The notes under the pieces: model-generated
Told to the model about the DNA's origin: nothing
Database searches by the model: none
Seen by the model: only the letters and a program-made list of their open reading frames with translations
DNA from: Paraspadella gotoi
Taxonomy: Eukaryota; Animalia; Chaetognatha
DNA length: 64,000 bases
NCBI GenBank assembly: GCA_051294375.1
Contig: CM119270.1
Location: forward strand, 11,201,626 to 11,265,625
Direction of reading: 5' to 3'
Shown: piece by piece, positions 28,825-47,096 of the stretch
Position numbering within the stretch: position 1 is the stretch's first letter
Layout: each line of letters opens with the position of its first letter
Translations under genes and position numbers: made by a program

Positions 28825-30683
28825 TGAAAGAAAAGCTCTGGAGAAACGACTTAGAAAAGAAGGAGATAAAGACAGACAGATGGACAGACAGACATAGGAT
28901 CGGAGGCGATGGGAAAAGAAGCGAAGAAGCGAAACGAGCGTCGAGCGATTTGAAAAATAAAAAGGGTTTCATCGCGGTCTTCCTCTTTCAACGAGGTCTT
29001 CCTCTTTCATCGAGCGGAAGAATTAAAAGGCGGAATTAAAGGGAGACAGGAAAAAAAACTGGAGGCACGTAACCATCTCTCTCTCTCTCTCTCTCTTCTC
29101 CTCTCCTCTCTCTCTCTTCTCTCTCCTCTCTCTCTCTCTCTCTCTCCCCTATTTCATTAACCCCTCCCACCCATTTTCCCTCAGCCCCTAACGCCTACCA
29201 CCTTCCTCCCACCCTCCGTCTCAAAACCTCTTTCCCGGTCTCCCACCCCACTCTCTCGCCACCTCCATCCTCTCATCGCCACAACCGCCCTCCGCACCTC
29301 CGCGTCTCTTGACACGTCCCTCCTCCTCCTCTTCCCCCCGATCGCCCGCCGCCTCCTCCGACGCCGGTCATCACGGCAACCACCACCACAACACAACAAC
29401 AACAACGTGGTGGACGACGACGAGGACGACGAGATGGCGCTGGACGTCGACGGCGACGGCGATGGTGCTTACGGGAAGGCGCAGTTTACGGAGGACGACG
29501 TGGCGAGGGCGAGAGACGGGAGAGCGTCGTCGTCGTCGTCGTCGCGAGGAGAGACGTCGCCGGCCGGGTGAGTGTTGTTGTTGTTGTCGCCGTTGTTTTC
29601 CTCGTTTGTTGTTGTTGCAGGGACAGGTTGTCCGGGACGAGTTGCTTAACCTTATTATTGTGTTGCGACGAATATTGCTGACATCACGTTATCGAAGTTT
29701 GTTAAGACGGTTAATTTTTCTTTTTCTCTAGCGACGAAACTCGTTTGATGTCAGAAGAACTTCAAATCAACATAAGGAAGCTTTTGATTGGTGAGTGGAA
29801 AACCCTTCGATTCTGATCAATTGTCTCTTTCGGGCGAAACCCCACTGGTTGTCGCGCTTCACTTAGATTATTACCTGAGAATTAGCTTTTTTATTCACAA
29901 CTTATCATTATAATGCTATCTCATTTACTTTTCCGCAGAGGCGATAGCCAACAATCACAAAGAATCGTTGACGTCAGCTGGCGGTGCCACTCCCCCTTCC
30001 TCGACCACGCCCCCCAACGACGCACCCACTGACGCCGAATCAGAAAAAGACGCCGTCGTGACTTCCGGTTCCGGCGTCACTTCCGGCGACGACTCCAAAG
30101 TCGCCGACGCCGCCGATAGAATCATCGACTGCTTCATGAAGAACTTGAAGAACAAAGGAGCATCGGAGGAGAACCCGCAGTGGCCCGTCGAAGGTGGGCT
30201 TTGGGAAGCTGTTGCTTTAAGGGTAGCGTTTGTTTGTTTGATGATATCGTTACTGTTGTGGCCGACTTAATTAGACACGGTAATACTACAAGTTATTCTA
30301 TAATGCTTATAATTTATTTGATATATATATTTATTTTATCCTGCCCTTTTCTTATAAATAACCTAATTGACTTCATCTACAGGAATCAACAAGCGACAAC
30401 GATGCCACGTCTGTAGCCTTACCTACAAATCTCCTTTACTCAGCATCTCGTGTTGGCACGTGCACTGTCAAAGATGTTGGTTGTCGTCACTGGTAAGTGA
30501 AGTCACCCGTCAGTAGCGACGACTAAAAATCGTCATGTGAGATTAATATGGAGCAAGGCAGTGAAGAAATGACAATTCTTAATAACCTTTAAATAACTCT
30601 GTTATCCACAGGGCGCTAAGAAGTTGTGTCCCCAATGCCACACCATCACATCACCCTCTGATCTACGCCGCGTCTTTCTTTGA
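11422..30683 (+). CDS. RNF220: E3 ubiquitin ligase RNF220 orthologue (5'-partial)
   Basis: Phase-consistent GT-AG exons: 11422-11490, 18127-18169, 21522-21664, 29185-29567, 29732-29790, 29939-30193, 30383-30492, 30612-30683. The C-terminal RING CHVCSLTYKSPLLSISCWHVHCQRCWLSSLGAKKLCPQCHTITSPSDLRRVFL* matches the RNF220 signature CWHVHC..CWL..LGAKKLCPQC. Also ETFSRVRTNRQNRL (cf. TFLRVRANRQTRL) and LDVDGDGDGAYGKAQFTEDDV (cf. YGKPQYTEADV). Upstream exons were not found and may lie in N gaps. Confidence 0.93.
12623..16330. repeat. Near-duplicate ~1.7 kb segments (12623-14310 and 14608-16330), probably an allelic or read duplication in the assembly
   Basis: Shared collinear blocks (e.g. CTGATTAGTCCGTCTTAGGCGACTCGTC at ~13833 and its variant at ~15921). 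The first copy is broken by N gaps and the second is riddled with 1-nt indels. Confidence 0.7.
16490..16568. promoter_or_regulatory. Cluster of four RFX X-box-like motifs in an RNF220 intron
   Basis: GTTGCTAAGGG at 16490, GTTGCTAAGGG at 16511, GTTGTCATGG at 16531 and GTTGCCAT at 16559. A better single match, GTTACCATGACGAT, lies at 23768-23781. Confidence 0.35.
18611..20316. repeat. Tandem ~840-bp duplication (18611-19452 and 19474-20316)
   Basis: Both copies start AGAGAAAATCAGTGACTTATTTTT and end ...CCACAATACCCAGAAGAC..AATGAATTTT. Differences are mostly homopolymer indels. Confidence 0.85.
25815..25941. repeat. 127-bp MITE-like hairpin with perfect 30-bp inverted repeats
   Basis: ATTAGCGAAAACGAAGTTTGAATTGTTCAA (25815-25844) and its exact reverse complement (25912-25941) flank an (ATT)n-rich spacer. 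Confidence 0.75.
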
Positions 30684-30752
30684 TCTTCGCCGCGTCTTTC
30701 TTTGATCTTCGCCGCGTTTTCTTTTGATCTTTGCCGCGCCTCCCAGAGATCT
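30659..30752 (+). repeat. 22-bp minisatellite (~4 copies) overlapping the RNF220 stop codon
   Basis: Unit TGATCT(A/T)CGCCGCGTCTTTCTT at 30659, 30681, 30703 and ~30725. Confidence 0.8.
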
Positions 30753-31926
30753 TTCACGAACTGGCGACCAAATCCGCGCCTAAATCCGCGCCAATTTGGG
30801 GTTCGAATCGACATCCAATCTGACGCTTAAATTATTTTTTAAAACTTTAAAAAATCGCCCCCAATAAAGCAATCATACACCCTCGATGGACCGGGTCCTC
30901 GAAACGCCCCAACCAAAATAAAGCCGCATCTGCGTTGTTTTTGTTTTGTTGTTTTGTTCTGTTTCCCTTTTTCGCTTAGACGAATAGTAGCTTGTTAGAC
31001 GAGTCTTTTTTTTTAAAGACAGAAACTATCTTTTCTCCAGCTTCTTTTTTTTTGTGGTTTATTTTCTCTCTATTTATAAGCCCCTCTTTCTTGCTCTCTT
31101 TTTACTAACACAAAACCATACACGAATATAGAAACGATCCGATTTATTAATTATTATTATTATTGTCATGACTCGCTTATTTTATGTTTCAGTCCTTTTC
31201 CATCATCCATCTCTTCTAGTAGCAATGCTTTCGTTTAGTTATTAGACTCTCTCTTTCTCTCTCTTTCTTTCTTTTTCTCTCTTTCCCTCTTTTCCTCTCC
31301 CCTTCCTCCCAATTTTAAATACGGTGCTTGACGATTAAAAATTCTACTTCGTGGACAAAATAATCTGTCCAATTTAAAAGTCACAAAATTGTGTTTATTT
31401 TTTTCAGTCTTCCTCCTTTCTGATGCCTTTCCGTCTACTTTGCATTGTTGTAGCATCCCCTTACATCATTTTCTTCCCATTTGTGATTTATTTCGAAATA
31501 TTTAATTAAATTTCTCCCTGTTTACAATCTCCCTCTATTTGTAATCCATCCCGATTTACAAGAAAAAATATAAATATAAACGATTTGGTGTTCAGTCGCT
31601 TTTTAAAATTTGCATTTGATTGTGCAAAATAATGCGAAATTGATTTGAAGTAATTAGCCAATCAAGAGACAGAATACGGAATAAGTCAGTCAGCTAACCT
31701 TCTTTTAGAAAGGGAAAAAAATGTTTAAAAATTAAGAAACGAAAAACATGAAAATCGATCTTAATCTTTCATGTTTTAGATTAGTTGATTTGGATCACCG
31801 TCATTAAAACTTCTCAGTTATTCTGCACTCAACCTTTGCAACACTTCAAAGTTTATTGAGAAAAGCGTTCACATCGACGTATTTTCAGTTAAAATAATTG
31901 CTTTGATAGTTTGTTTAAAACTTTAA

Positions 31927-33117
31927 AGCGTAGCAAAAATATTAAAATCAAGTAGAATCAAAATTCGATTAGGAGATCAACCTGTGAACATTTTTAAATA
32001 GAATTTTTTTTTTTCAATTTTCGCATAAGCCCATATTTATACATAGTATAAAAATTTCAAAATTTCAAGATTTTGAAAAGCAGATTCGAATTCCTCACGA
32101 AAAGTTTATAAAAAGAAATATAACTCTTTTTAAAAAAAATATTTCATTAAGTGGGTCAAAATCCTAAAAAACTGAAATAGTTAACCTATACAAAAAATAT
32201 AAAAAATATAAAAAATAAAAAATATAAAAAATATTGTTTTCTTAATTTTGAGCTAACTTAATGAAATAATTTTTGATTAAGACTTATATTTTCTTTTATA
32301 AAATTTTAATGAGGAATTTGAATCTGCTTTCAAAACAAAACAAAAGTATTTTAAAATTTTGACATTTTCTATAGTGAGTACTATGTAGAAATATTGGCTA
32401 ATGCGAAAATTTAGAAATTAAATATTTTGTTTATATATCAATGTTCATTAAGGCGTAGTAAAATTTCTAAATTTAACTTTAATTAAAATTCTAAAAGTGA
32501 GGAATGAACAACATTATACTAATAAACATTTATGTAATAAAAAAATTTATAATAAATTTTACAACTTACGCAGTAGGCCATATTTATACTAGTACTAATC
32601 CAATAAATATTAAAATTTCAAAACAGTTTTTTCTAAAATTTTTTTGCAGATTTGGATTCGTCATAAAAAGTTGATATAAAGAAATATAACTCTTTTTGAA
32701 AAATTCCTTCATTAAGTGGGTCAAAAATTAGAAAAAGCTATATTTTAAGCTGAAAATTAATTTTTTATATATTAAATGTAGTTTTTTTAATTTTTAACCC
32801 ACTTAATGAAAGAATTTTTAAAAATGATTTATATTTTCTTTTATCAACTTTTGACGAGGAATTCAAATCTGCAATCAAAATTAAGAAAAGCATATTTTGA
32901 AATTTTTCGATTTTATAAGAATAGTACTATATATAAATATAGCCTACTGCGAAAATTAAAACACATAAAATTATTTTTTTTTACATATTAATATTCACTG
33001 ATGGTATATTGTTCATAATTGACATTTAGAATTTTCGTATGTAACTTTCACTACGCCTTAATGTTCATGTATTCATGATCAACTATTCGAATTTTGCTCT
33101 GCAACTTACACTACGCC
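31927..33117. mobile_element. Palindromic AT-rich MITE (outer copy) containing a nested copy of the same family
   Basis: TTAA|AGCGTAG at 31923-31933 and CTACGCC|TTAT at 33111-33121. Long internal inverted repeats, e.g. GCAGATTCGAATTCCTC and GAGGAATTTGAATCTGC. Confidence 0.6.
32452..33057. mobile_element. Nested MITE with TTAA target-site duplication (Kolobok-like)
   Basis: TTAA|GGCGTAGT...ACTACGCC|TTAA. The internal arms are inverted (TTCATTAAGTGGGT / ACCCACTTAATGAA). TTAA TSD plus RR...YY termini fits the Kolobok superfamily. Confidence 0.75.
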
Positions 33118-33557
33118 TTATTGTTCATATACACTTATCTCTAATTAGAAAAAATAGAAAATTAGCTACATTTATATAAGAATCCAGCTCTGCTTACTGA
33201 CGTCTAAAAAAAGTAACAACCTATTTTGGTTCTTCAATGCTTTTTCAATTAGTACTCTCAGTGTCTTTTGTTTACCAATTCTTTTTAACTGGCAATCAAT
33301 TGATCGTAGGTGTCCGTTTTAACAGAGAATATAGAAAGAAAAAAAAAAGACAAGCAACTCAATTCAAAATGTTAATTTTTCTCTATTTTTTTTTTGTTTT
33401 AAAATTTATATTCTAATTTCAAATATTTAAGAAAGAGATGTTATGGTAACCAACTGTGAATAGTGACTTAATTAACATGAATTTTACATTCTGTTCTTAT
33501 TTTACTTACATCGCTTCTTTATTTAATTCCGGAACTTTCAATCAACTGAAAAATATT

Positions 33558-40818
<7,261 letters not shown>

Positions 40819-41049
40819 TGGTTTAATAAAGAAATTATGACAATTTTTTTTCAATCATCCTGAGTCTATCCGCCCTACCGGACCCAGTGTCACAGGTTAC
40901 CTACAATCACTACGTAATAAATAAAGTTCCGATGAAACTGAAGACGAGTAAAGATGGAAAAACGAACATGAAAATAAAATTGTGGAAAAAATGAACAAAA
41001 AAAAGGAAAAAAAGCATATATTTTTAGCGTTGTTTTTCCCTCTCAGTTT

Positions 41050-44000
41050 CTACTCCCGATCTCCAGTCGAATAGAGCGGCGCTTTATAGGAGCGATCGAA
41101 ATATTCGTGGGGCGACTCCAAATATCCGCCTTTCGTGTCGACCTCTGCGTCGACGGAGGCTTGAAGCAAAGAGGCTTTGGGTTTGGGCTTCTTCAACACG
41201 TCCGCCAGGAGGCGAAGGCCCGGCTTCATCGAGGCCCCCGTGATAGGGTGGGCCTCCTGCAATGTTTGGGGGCCACGAAAAAGGAATTACAGATTGAAGG
41301 AATTAACGAAAAGAGTTAATATGTTACCTCGGCGTTCCATCGGTAATAATACGAAGGGGAAACAGATTTTTCCGATTCTTCGTCCAAATAAGGAAGAGGG
41401 GAAACTTCGGCGTTGCGGCCGTTCAATTGAATCGTCACCTCCTGGAAAACAAAAGAGCAAGATTTCGTAGATTTATTTTGAATGACGCGATTTGAATTTT
41501 AACAAAGTTTTGTTCTCAATTTTCAGTCACTGTATTTGAAATTGGTACAACCAATATATAAATTATCCATTCATTTATTAAATAAGTTATCTTGTCCCTG
41601 ACTTTGGACAGGCTTTGGTGGTTTCAGGCCTCCATCACACTTGCAAGATAATAACAGCAGGTTTCTGCAAGCTTTCAAACAGGACTCTCTCACAGTTTTG
41701 AGAGAGTCTTGTTTGTCCCCATCAATGAAGTGGTATATTATGAAGTGGTATATTACTCTCATTTAATTCTAGTCATACATAGATCATTTTATTCCTCAAG
41801 TTTACGAGAGAGTAAATACAATACAAAAATCACAAACGCCGCTCACTCACTCACTCACCTGGTGATCGTAAGACCCGACAGAATCGGAGATAGAATCGCT
41901 CCTTCCCCTACCCCTTGTGCGTTCGGGCGGCGGCGGCGGCGGCGAGAGGCTCGACTCACCGGCGTCCATCTCGAACGCCGTCGGGTTTAGCGGCGGCGGC
42001 GGCGGAAACGCGACGTCGTAATCATCAAGGACGCCTTTCGGGGGGGGGTCAATGGATGCTCTTTTAAGTTGCGAATCTCTGTGTTCATAGGATAATCTTG
42101 GTTACGCTTTTGCCCCTTCAAGTTGTTATAAATTTTATGTTTTTAAATATTTTTAATCGGGACTACTTCCTTAATGCAAACAGTATTTTTGTAAGCTAAA
42201 AATTAAAATGTCGTACGATTCGAGATGACTTTTGCCCATCGAGCAGGCAGCAGGAAGAATGGCATCCGCACGTTTTGTCTTTTTTCCTACCTTCTCCGTC
42301 GGAATTTCCCGAGAGCTGTCGTTGTTTCTTTCCCCGCGTCATGGCCACTCGCTAAAGAGAAGGAACAGGAGTAAGTGAGGGAAGGAAAGAAAAGTAATAT
42401 AGAGTCGGACACCTGCGCCATCCGTCGCTCGTCGTCGCAACGAAATTCCCGTTGGAGTCTCTGCGTGACTTCCGATTTCTCCGAATCCAAATAATCCTTA
42501 AAGCTTTGGAGGTTGACCTCGGTGGCGTCGGGGGAACAGCAGGGAAAGTTGCAAGAGTCCGACATGTTGGGAGATCTGAAGGATTGATCCGTTTTTTATA
42601 TATAACTGCTGAAATTCTATCATGAAATATCCTTTACACAAACCTTATTTACATACTTGCAGAGTCTTTCTTATCTTGAAATGTAATCGATATGGATGAT
42701 ATTCTTTTTATTTTTTAGAATTTTTTTAATCAATTTGATGTTGACATACTATAAGAAAACCAAACCAAAGCTTCGGAGAAAATCAAAGCAAGAGTTAAGG
42801 TATCCAATTTTTTTAGCCATAACAATATGCATATGATATTGTGAAACTCGACTATGACACTGGACATGATTTTCCTACCTCAGCGACGACAAGGAAGTGG
42901 TTCTGCTTCTGGCGATTGGCTCCGCCTCGATGGCGCTGATGGTCTCCTCCAGAATCGCCAACTCGTTGTAGACGTCGCTCATGAGGTCGTCGTCGATGAC
43001 GGACTTCTCCGGTTTGCGGGAAAAGGATTGCGGCGGTGCCGATTTGGTCGTCGAGGGACGCGGGGAGGCGCCGCTGTGGGACTTGTGCCCCGGTTGAGGG
43101 GAAACGGCATCGCGTTGCCTGGGGACGCCGAGATAGGGGTTCGAGGAGGTGGAGGAACTTCTCCCTGCGGAGATACAGAAGTATGAGTTCTATTGTTTTC
43201 TAATGTGTCTCGATAAAGTTTATTTGTCTATTGACTGATTAATCATTGATAGATTTATCAATGATTAATTGACATATGTGTTTTTGAGTTGTAAGTAAAT
43301 TGATTTATTTTGGCCTACCATGTGCTCCTCCGCCAAGCATCTGCATATCCTGCACCAGCGTGGTGTAGGGCGAGGTGTCCCTCGAAGATCTGGGCGTGAA
43401 CCCGTGACCGGGCGATTGACCCGACGACTCCGTGCAACCGAGACGCTGTTGGGATCTTCCCGGTACCTCCAAACTCTTCATTTGGTGGTGAAGCTGCTGT
43501 TGATGCTGCAGATGCAGCTGATACTGCTGCTGGTGCTGCGTCGCTTGAGGATTGTGGTTCGGGGAAGCGGGTTGTTTGTTTTGAGGTAGATTCTGCTGTG
43601 TTTTTTGTATCGCCTTGGCGACGGGGCTGCCTGAGACGGTGGCGGCGGCGGCGGTCGGGGGATTTGACGGCGACTGCGACCGACTCCGGGTCGTAATAGC
43701 GATTCGCTTGGGCTTCGGGCTTTTTTGAGGCTGCTGCCCGACTTCCGCGGATCCGGCGTCCGTTTTCAAAATTTCCTGCTGTTCCGTGTAACGTCCCAGC
43801 GGCGAAGCAGCATTCTGGTATCTTTGCTGCTGCGAACGCTGCTGCTGCTGCTGTAATTGTGGAGAGGGGCTATTTTGCAGCGACGGCTGACGCTGATACT
43901 GTTGCGCCGGTGAGTGATATCGTTGTTGTTGTTGTTGATTCGTTTGTGGATTTGAATTTCGTTTTTGCACCGGTTGCTGCTGCTGTTGATGTTGAGGTTG

Positions 44001-45421
44001 CATACGCTGCTGCTGCTGAGGCTTCCCACGCGTCGTCGCTAGCGGCGACGGCGATGCTGATCCGCTGCTAATTCTCCGAGCTTGCACCCTCGGCGACGCT
44101 GGAACGCCTTCGCCGCTCCCGACGCCGCTCCCGCCGACACTTCCGCCTTCGCCGCCCGATGGCGAACAGTGCAGCACGATCCTTCGCTCGGAGACGTCGT
44201 TCTTTTTGAGGAAAACTGTCGTCTCGCTGATGCCCAGTTTGTCGGGCGACAGCGGCCCGACGCCCGGAGAGAGAGGGCTGACCGGCGAATCCTCCGCCCC
44301 AGAGTCTCTCCCCGATCCGAGGCGGCCGCGGGGGGAGGGTGAAGGCGGTCCCCTGGCGGGCAGAATCGCGACTCTGCCTGGCGGTGAGTGAAGGAGGGAA
44401 CTGGTAGAATAGAAAGACATTAATAATAAACCATATTTTCGAAACTAGAATAACAAAATATATAAAAGTATATATTTATAAGTAAAATTATGATCATTAT
44501 TATGTAGTATGTGATGACAAAAGCAATGACAGTCACCTGTCTTGCTCTCTTGTTTCCAAACTCTTGTTAATCGCTTCTATTTGACGTTTCACTTTTCTCC
44601 CGCGAGTCGATTGTTTCTTCCACAACGATCTCGCCACAGATGTCGCGCCATGAATGTTTCCTACGAATTTGAACAAAAGAATGGTTCATTCTCTTTTTCG
44701 AAGCGCAACGTACGTTAATCTTTTTTCTTTGAACTTTTACTACTCTTAGTTAAACTCTTATTTTTTAGAAGACATTCAGATTCCTCAAAGGCGAAGGCTA
44801 TGATCCCATTTCGATTACACCAATTTATTTCATTAAATTAAATCCAGACTCAAGTTCAGACCGATTTTAATTGAGAATAATANNNNNNNNNNATTTGAAC
44901 AAAAGAATTGTTCATTCTCTTTTTCGAAGCGCAACGTACGTTAATCTGTTATGAACATGTATTTTTTTTTTTGAACTTTTACTACTCTTAGTTAAACTCT
45001 TATTTTTTAGAAGACATTCAGATTCCTCAAAGGCGAAGGCTCTTACCTGCTATGATCCCATTTCGATTACACCAATTTATTTCATTTAATTAAATCCAGA
45101 CTCAAGTTCAGACCGATTTTTGTATTAATTGAGAATAATAAGAATAAGGATAAAAAATAAAAAATTATAATCTATTAATTTTATGTGTTACGAAACGATT
45201 CTACAACTCTACAGTTATTTCTCTAGTATGGTTCATCGGTTCTTATTTCATATACTGTAGCAATGATAGTAGTCAAAGCACGACACTGACTTGTCGCGAC
45301 AAAGTAAGACTGACTTACCAGGAGCAAGTCTGGCGGCCATTTCAGCTTCGCTTTCTTCCTCGCTATCGCTGTACTTTCGAGTTAAGGGTCCTTGACCAAG
45401 CAGAGGATATTTGGTCCCCAT
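41050..45421 (-). CDS. Uncharacterised intrinsically disordered Ser/Pro/Gln-rich protein (771 aa)
   Basis: 9 phase-consistent GT-AG exons: 45421-45319, 44660-44537, 44400-43319, 43164-42879, 42575-42413, 42351-42291, 42034-41859, 41441-41328, 41256-41050 (2316 nt, no internal stop). Features poly-Q, many SP sites and DDYDVAFPPPPP. No globular domain recognised. Confidence 0.8.
41537..41753 (+). repeat. Dispersed repeat family A (SINE/MITE-like), intronic copy
   Basis: TGAAATTGGTACAACCAATATA..TTATCCATTCATTTA..TATCTTGTCCCTGACTTTGGACAGGCTTTGGTGG...CAATGAAGTGGTAT. Other copies lie at 52048-52291 (-) and 61133-61380 (+), with fragments at 35398, 53579 and 61513. Confidence 0.8.
44664..45140. repeat. 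~220-bp duplication across a 10-N gap (probable allelic overlap artefact)
   Basis: 44667-44882 is repeated at 44893-45140 with small indels. The same pattern occurs at 1308-1432 / 1443-1581. Confidence 0.75.
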
Positions 45422-45753
45422 TGCGTAGGTGGTTGTCTTAGGACTTCTTGAACTTTATTTTCAGGTTGTTTTTGTTTTGTCTTTTGTTTTTATTTTCTTA
45501 TTATCTTTTAACGTAGAAGTTATTTGTGACGAAAGTAATGTTTAATGACAACAATAGATGAAAAGTGGTTGGTTTACTGGCGTTGTATTGTTAACTATGT
45601 AAAGTAGGAAGAAATTGTAATTCATACGGTGTCTAAAACATGACTACAAGATAGTAAATGCCAAGATTTAGGAAAAAAATATTTCCGCTGACTTAATCCA
45701 ATTTGGTTGGTTTCTTCGATAAAAAAACATATTCAAGAAAAGATGAGAGAGAT

Positions 45754-45860
<107 letters not shown>

Positions 45861-46321
45861 CTAAAAAGACAGGCAACTATATATTAACGGTAAGAGAGAT
45901 AAATTACACTCCATTTCTGTTTTCAAATTCGATACGATTTGCTTTTGAAAATTTTTTAGCTAAAAATAATATTGACTAAAAAGATTTTAAACTGTCGGAT
46001 GATGAAAGTGAAAAGGAAGGATTGGCGGAGAGAGGGAAGAGATGGGGGGAAAAGACAGGGAGGAAAAATATACTGCGTTAAACCCCATAGTATCTTAAAT
46101 AAACATAACGCTGATCTTTTCAAAACAAACTATAGTTCACCAGTGACCACGCCCAAAAATCTGTCAGACGAAAAAAGGGAAAAAAAATTCAAACCAAGCG
46201 TTTTATTCAAAAAAGTTTCGTTGAAGGAAAAAAAAAGTTTGTGGAGAAAATATTATTGGTGAGAGGAATTCACGATGAAAAATTTGCAAAATCTACCGAA
46301 AAATAAAGAAAGAGAATCAGT

Positions 46322-46359
<38 letters not shown>

Positions 46360-47096
46360 ACCAACTGAGCAACAACTTCCCCACTCGATCGCGCACGCCC
46401 ATGGATGCGATCGCTCGCTCAACCACGATTTTGGTGATGATGATGATGATGATTGTAATGATTGAAACGTTGACGACCACAACGACGATAATGTCGACGA
46501 TGTGAAAAAAGCATAATTTTTTCTTGTTTTTCCCAAATATTTTTATCCCCAATTCTCGCATGGGCGGTACTTTTGATGAAGTTAACGACTACGAAGATAA
46601 TGATTATGAGAATAGTTTTTGACACACTCCTATATCGATGTGTTCTTTTGTTTTATATAATTTTATATTTATATTTTCCTTTTAGGTTTATTATTTTTAA
46701 CGATACATGATATGCCGTATTGACGTACAATAAATGTCAAATTAAATAAATAGTTTCCATATTTTTATTACTTTAATTTCGAAAAGAAATTTTTGTACGC
46801 TTGCAGTGGAAACATTTTAATCTTGTCGCATTGAAAAAAGAGGTTTGACAATAATTGTTGAGCACCGGTTAGTATTAACCGAATTCATTTCATTTTATGA
46901 TACTTTAAATAAAAACTAGCAGTAAACGAGTTGGCGGTAGTTTGTTTTCAAAATACAATTTTTCGTCTACTTAAAGTTAACTTTACCTTATTTTTACTAA
47001 GTATTTTACTCTCAAATTTACCATTTGTTATTAAAATGTAAATTTTTTTCAAACTTTAAAAATAAATAATATTATACATCTTTATCTCTGGATCTC

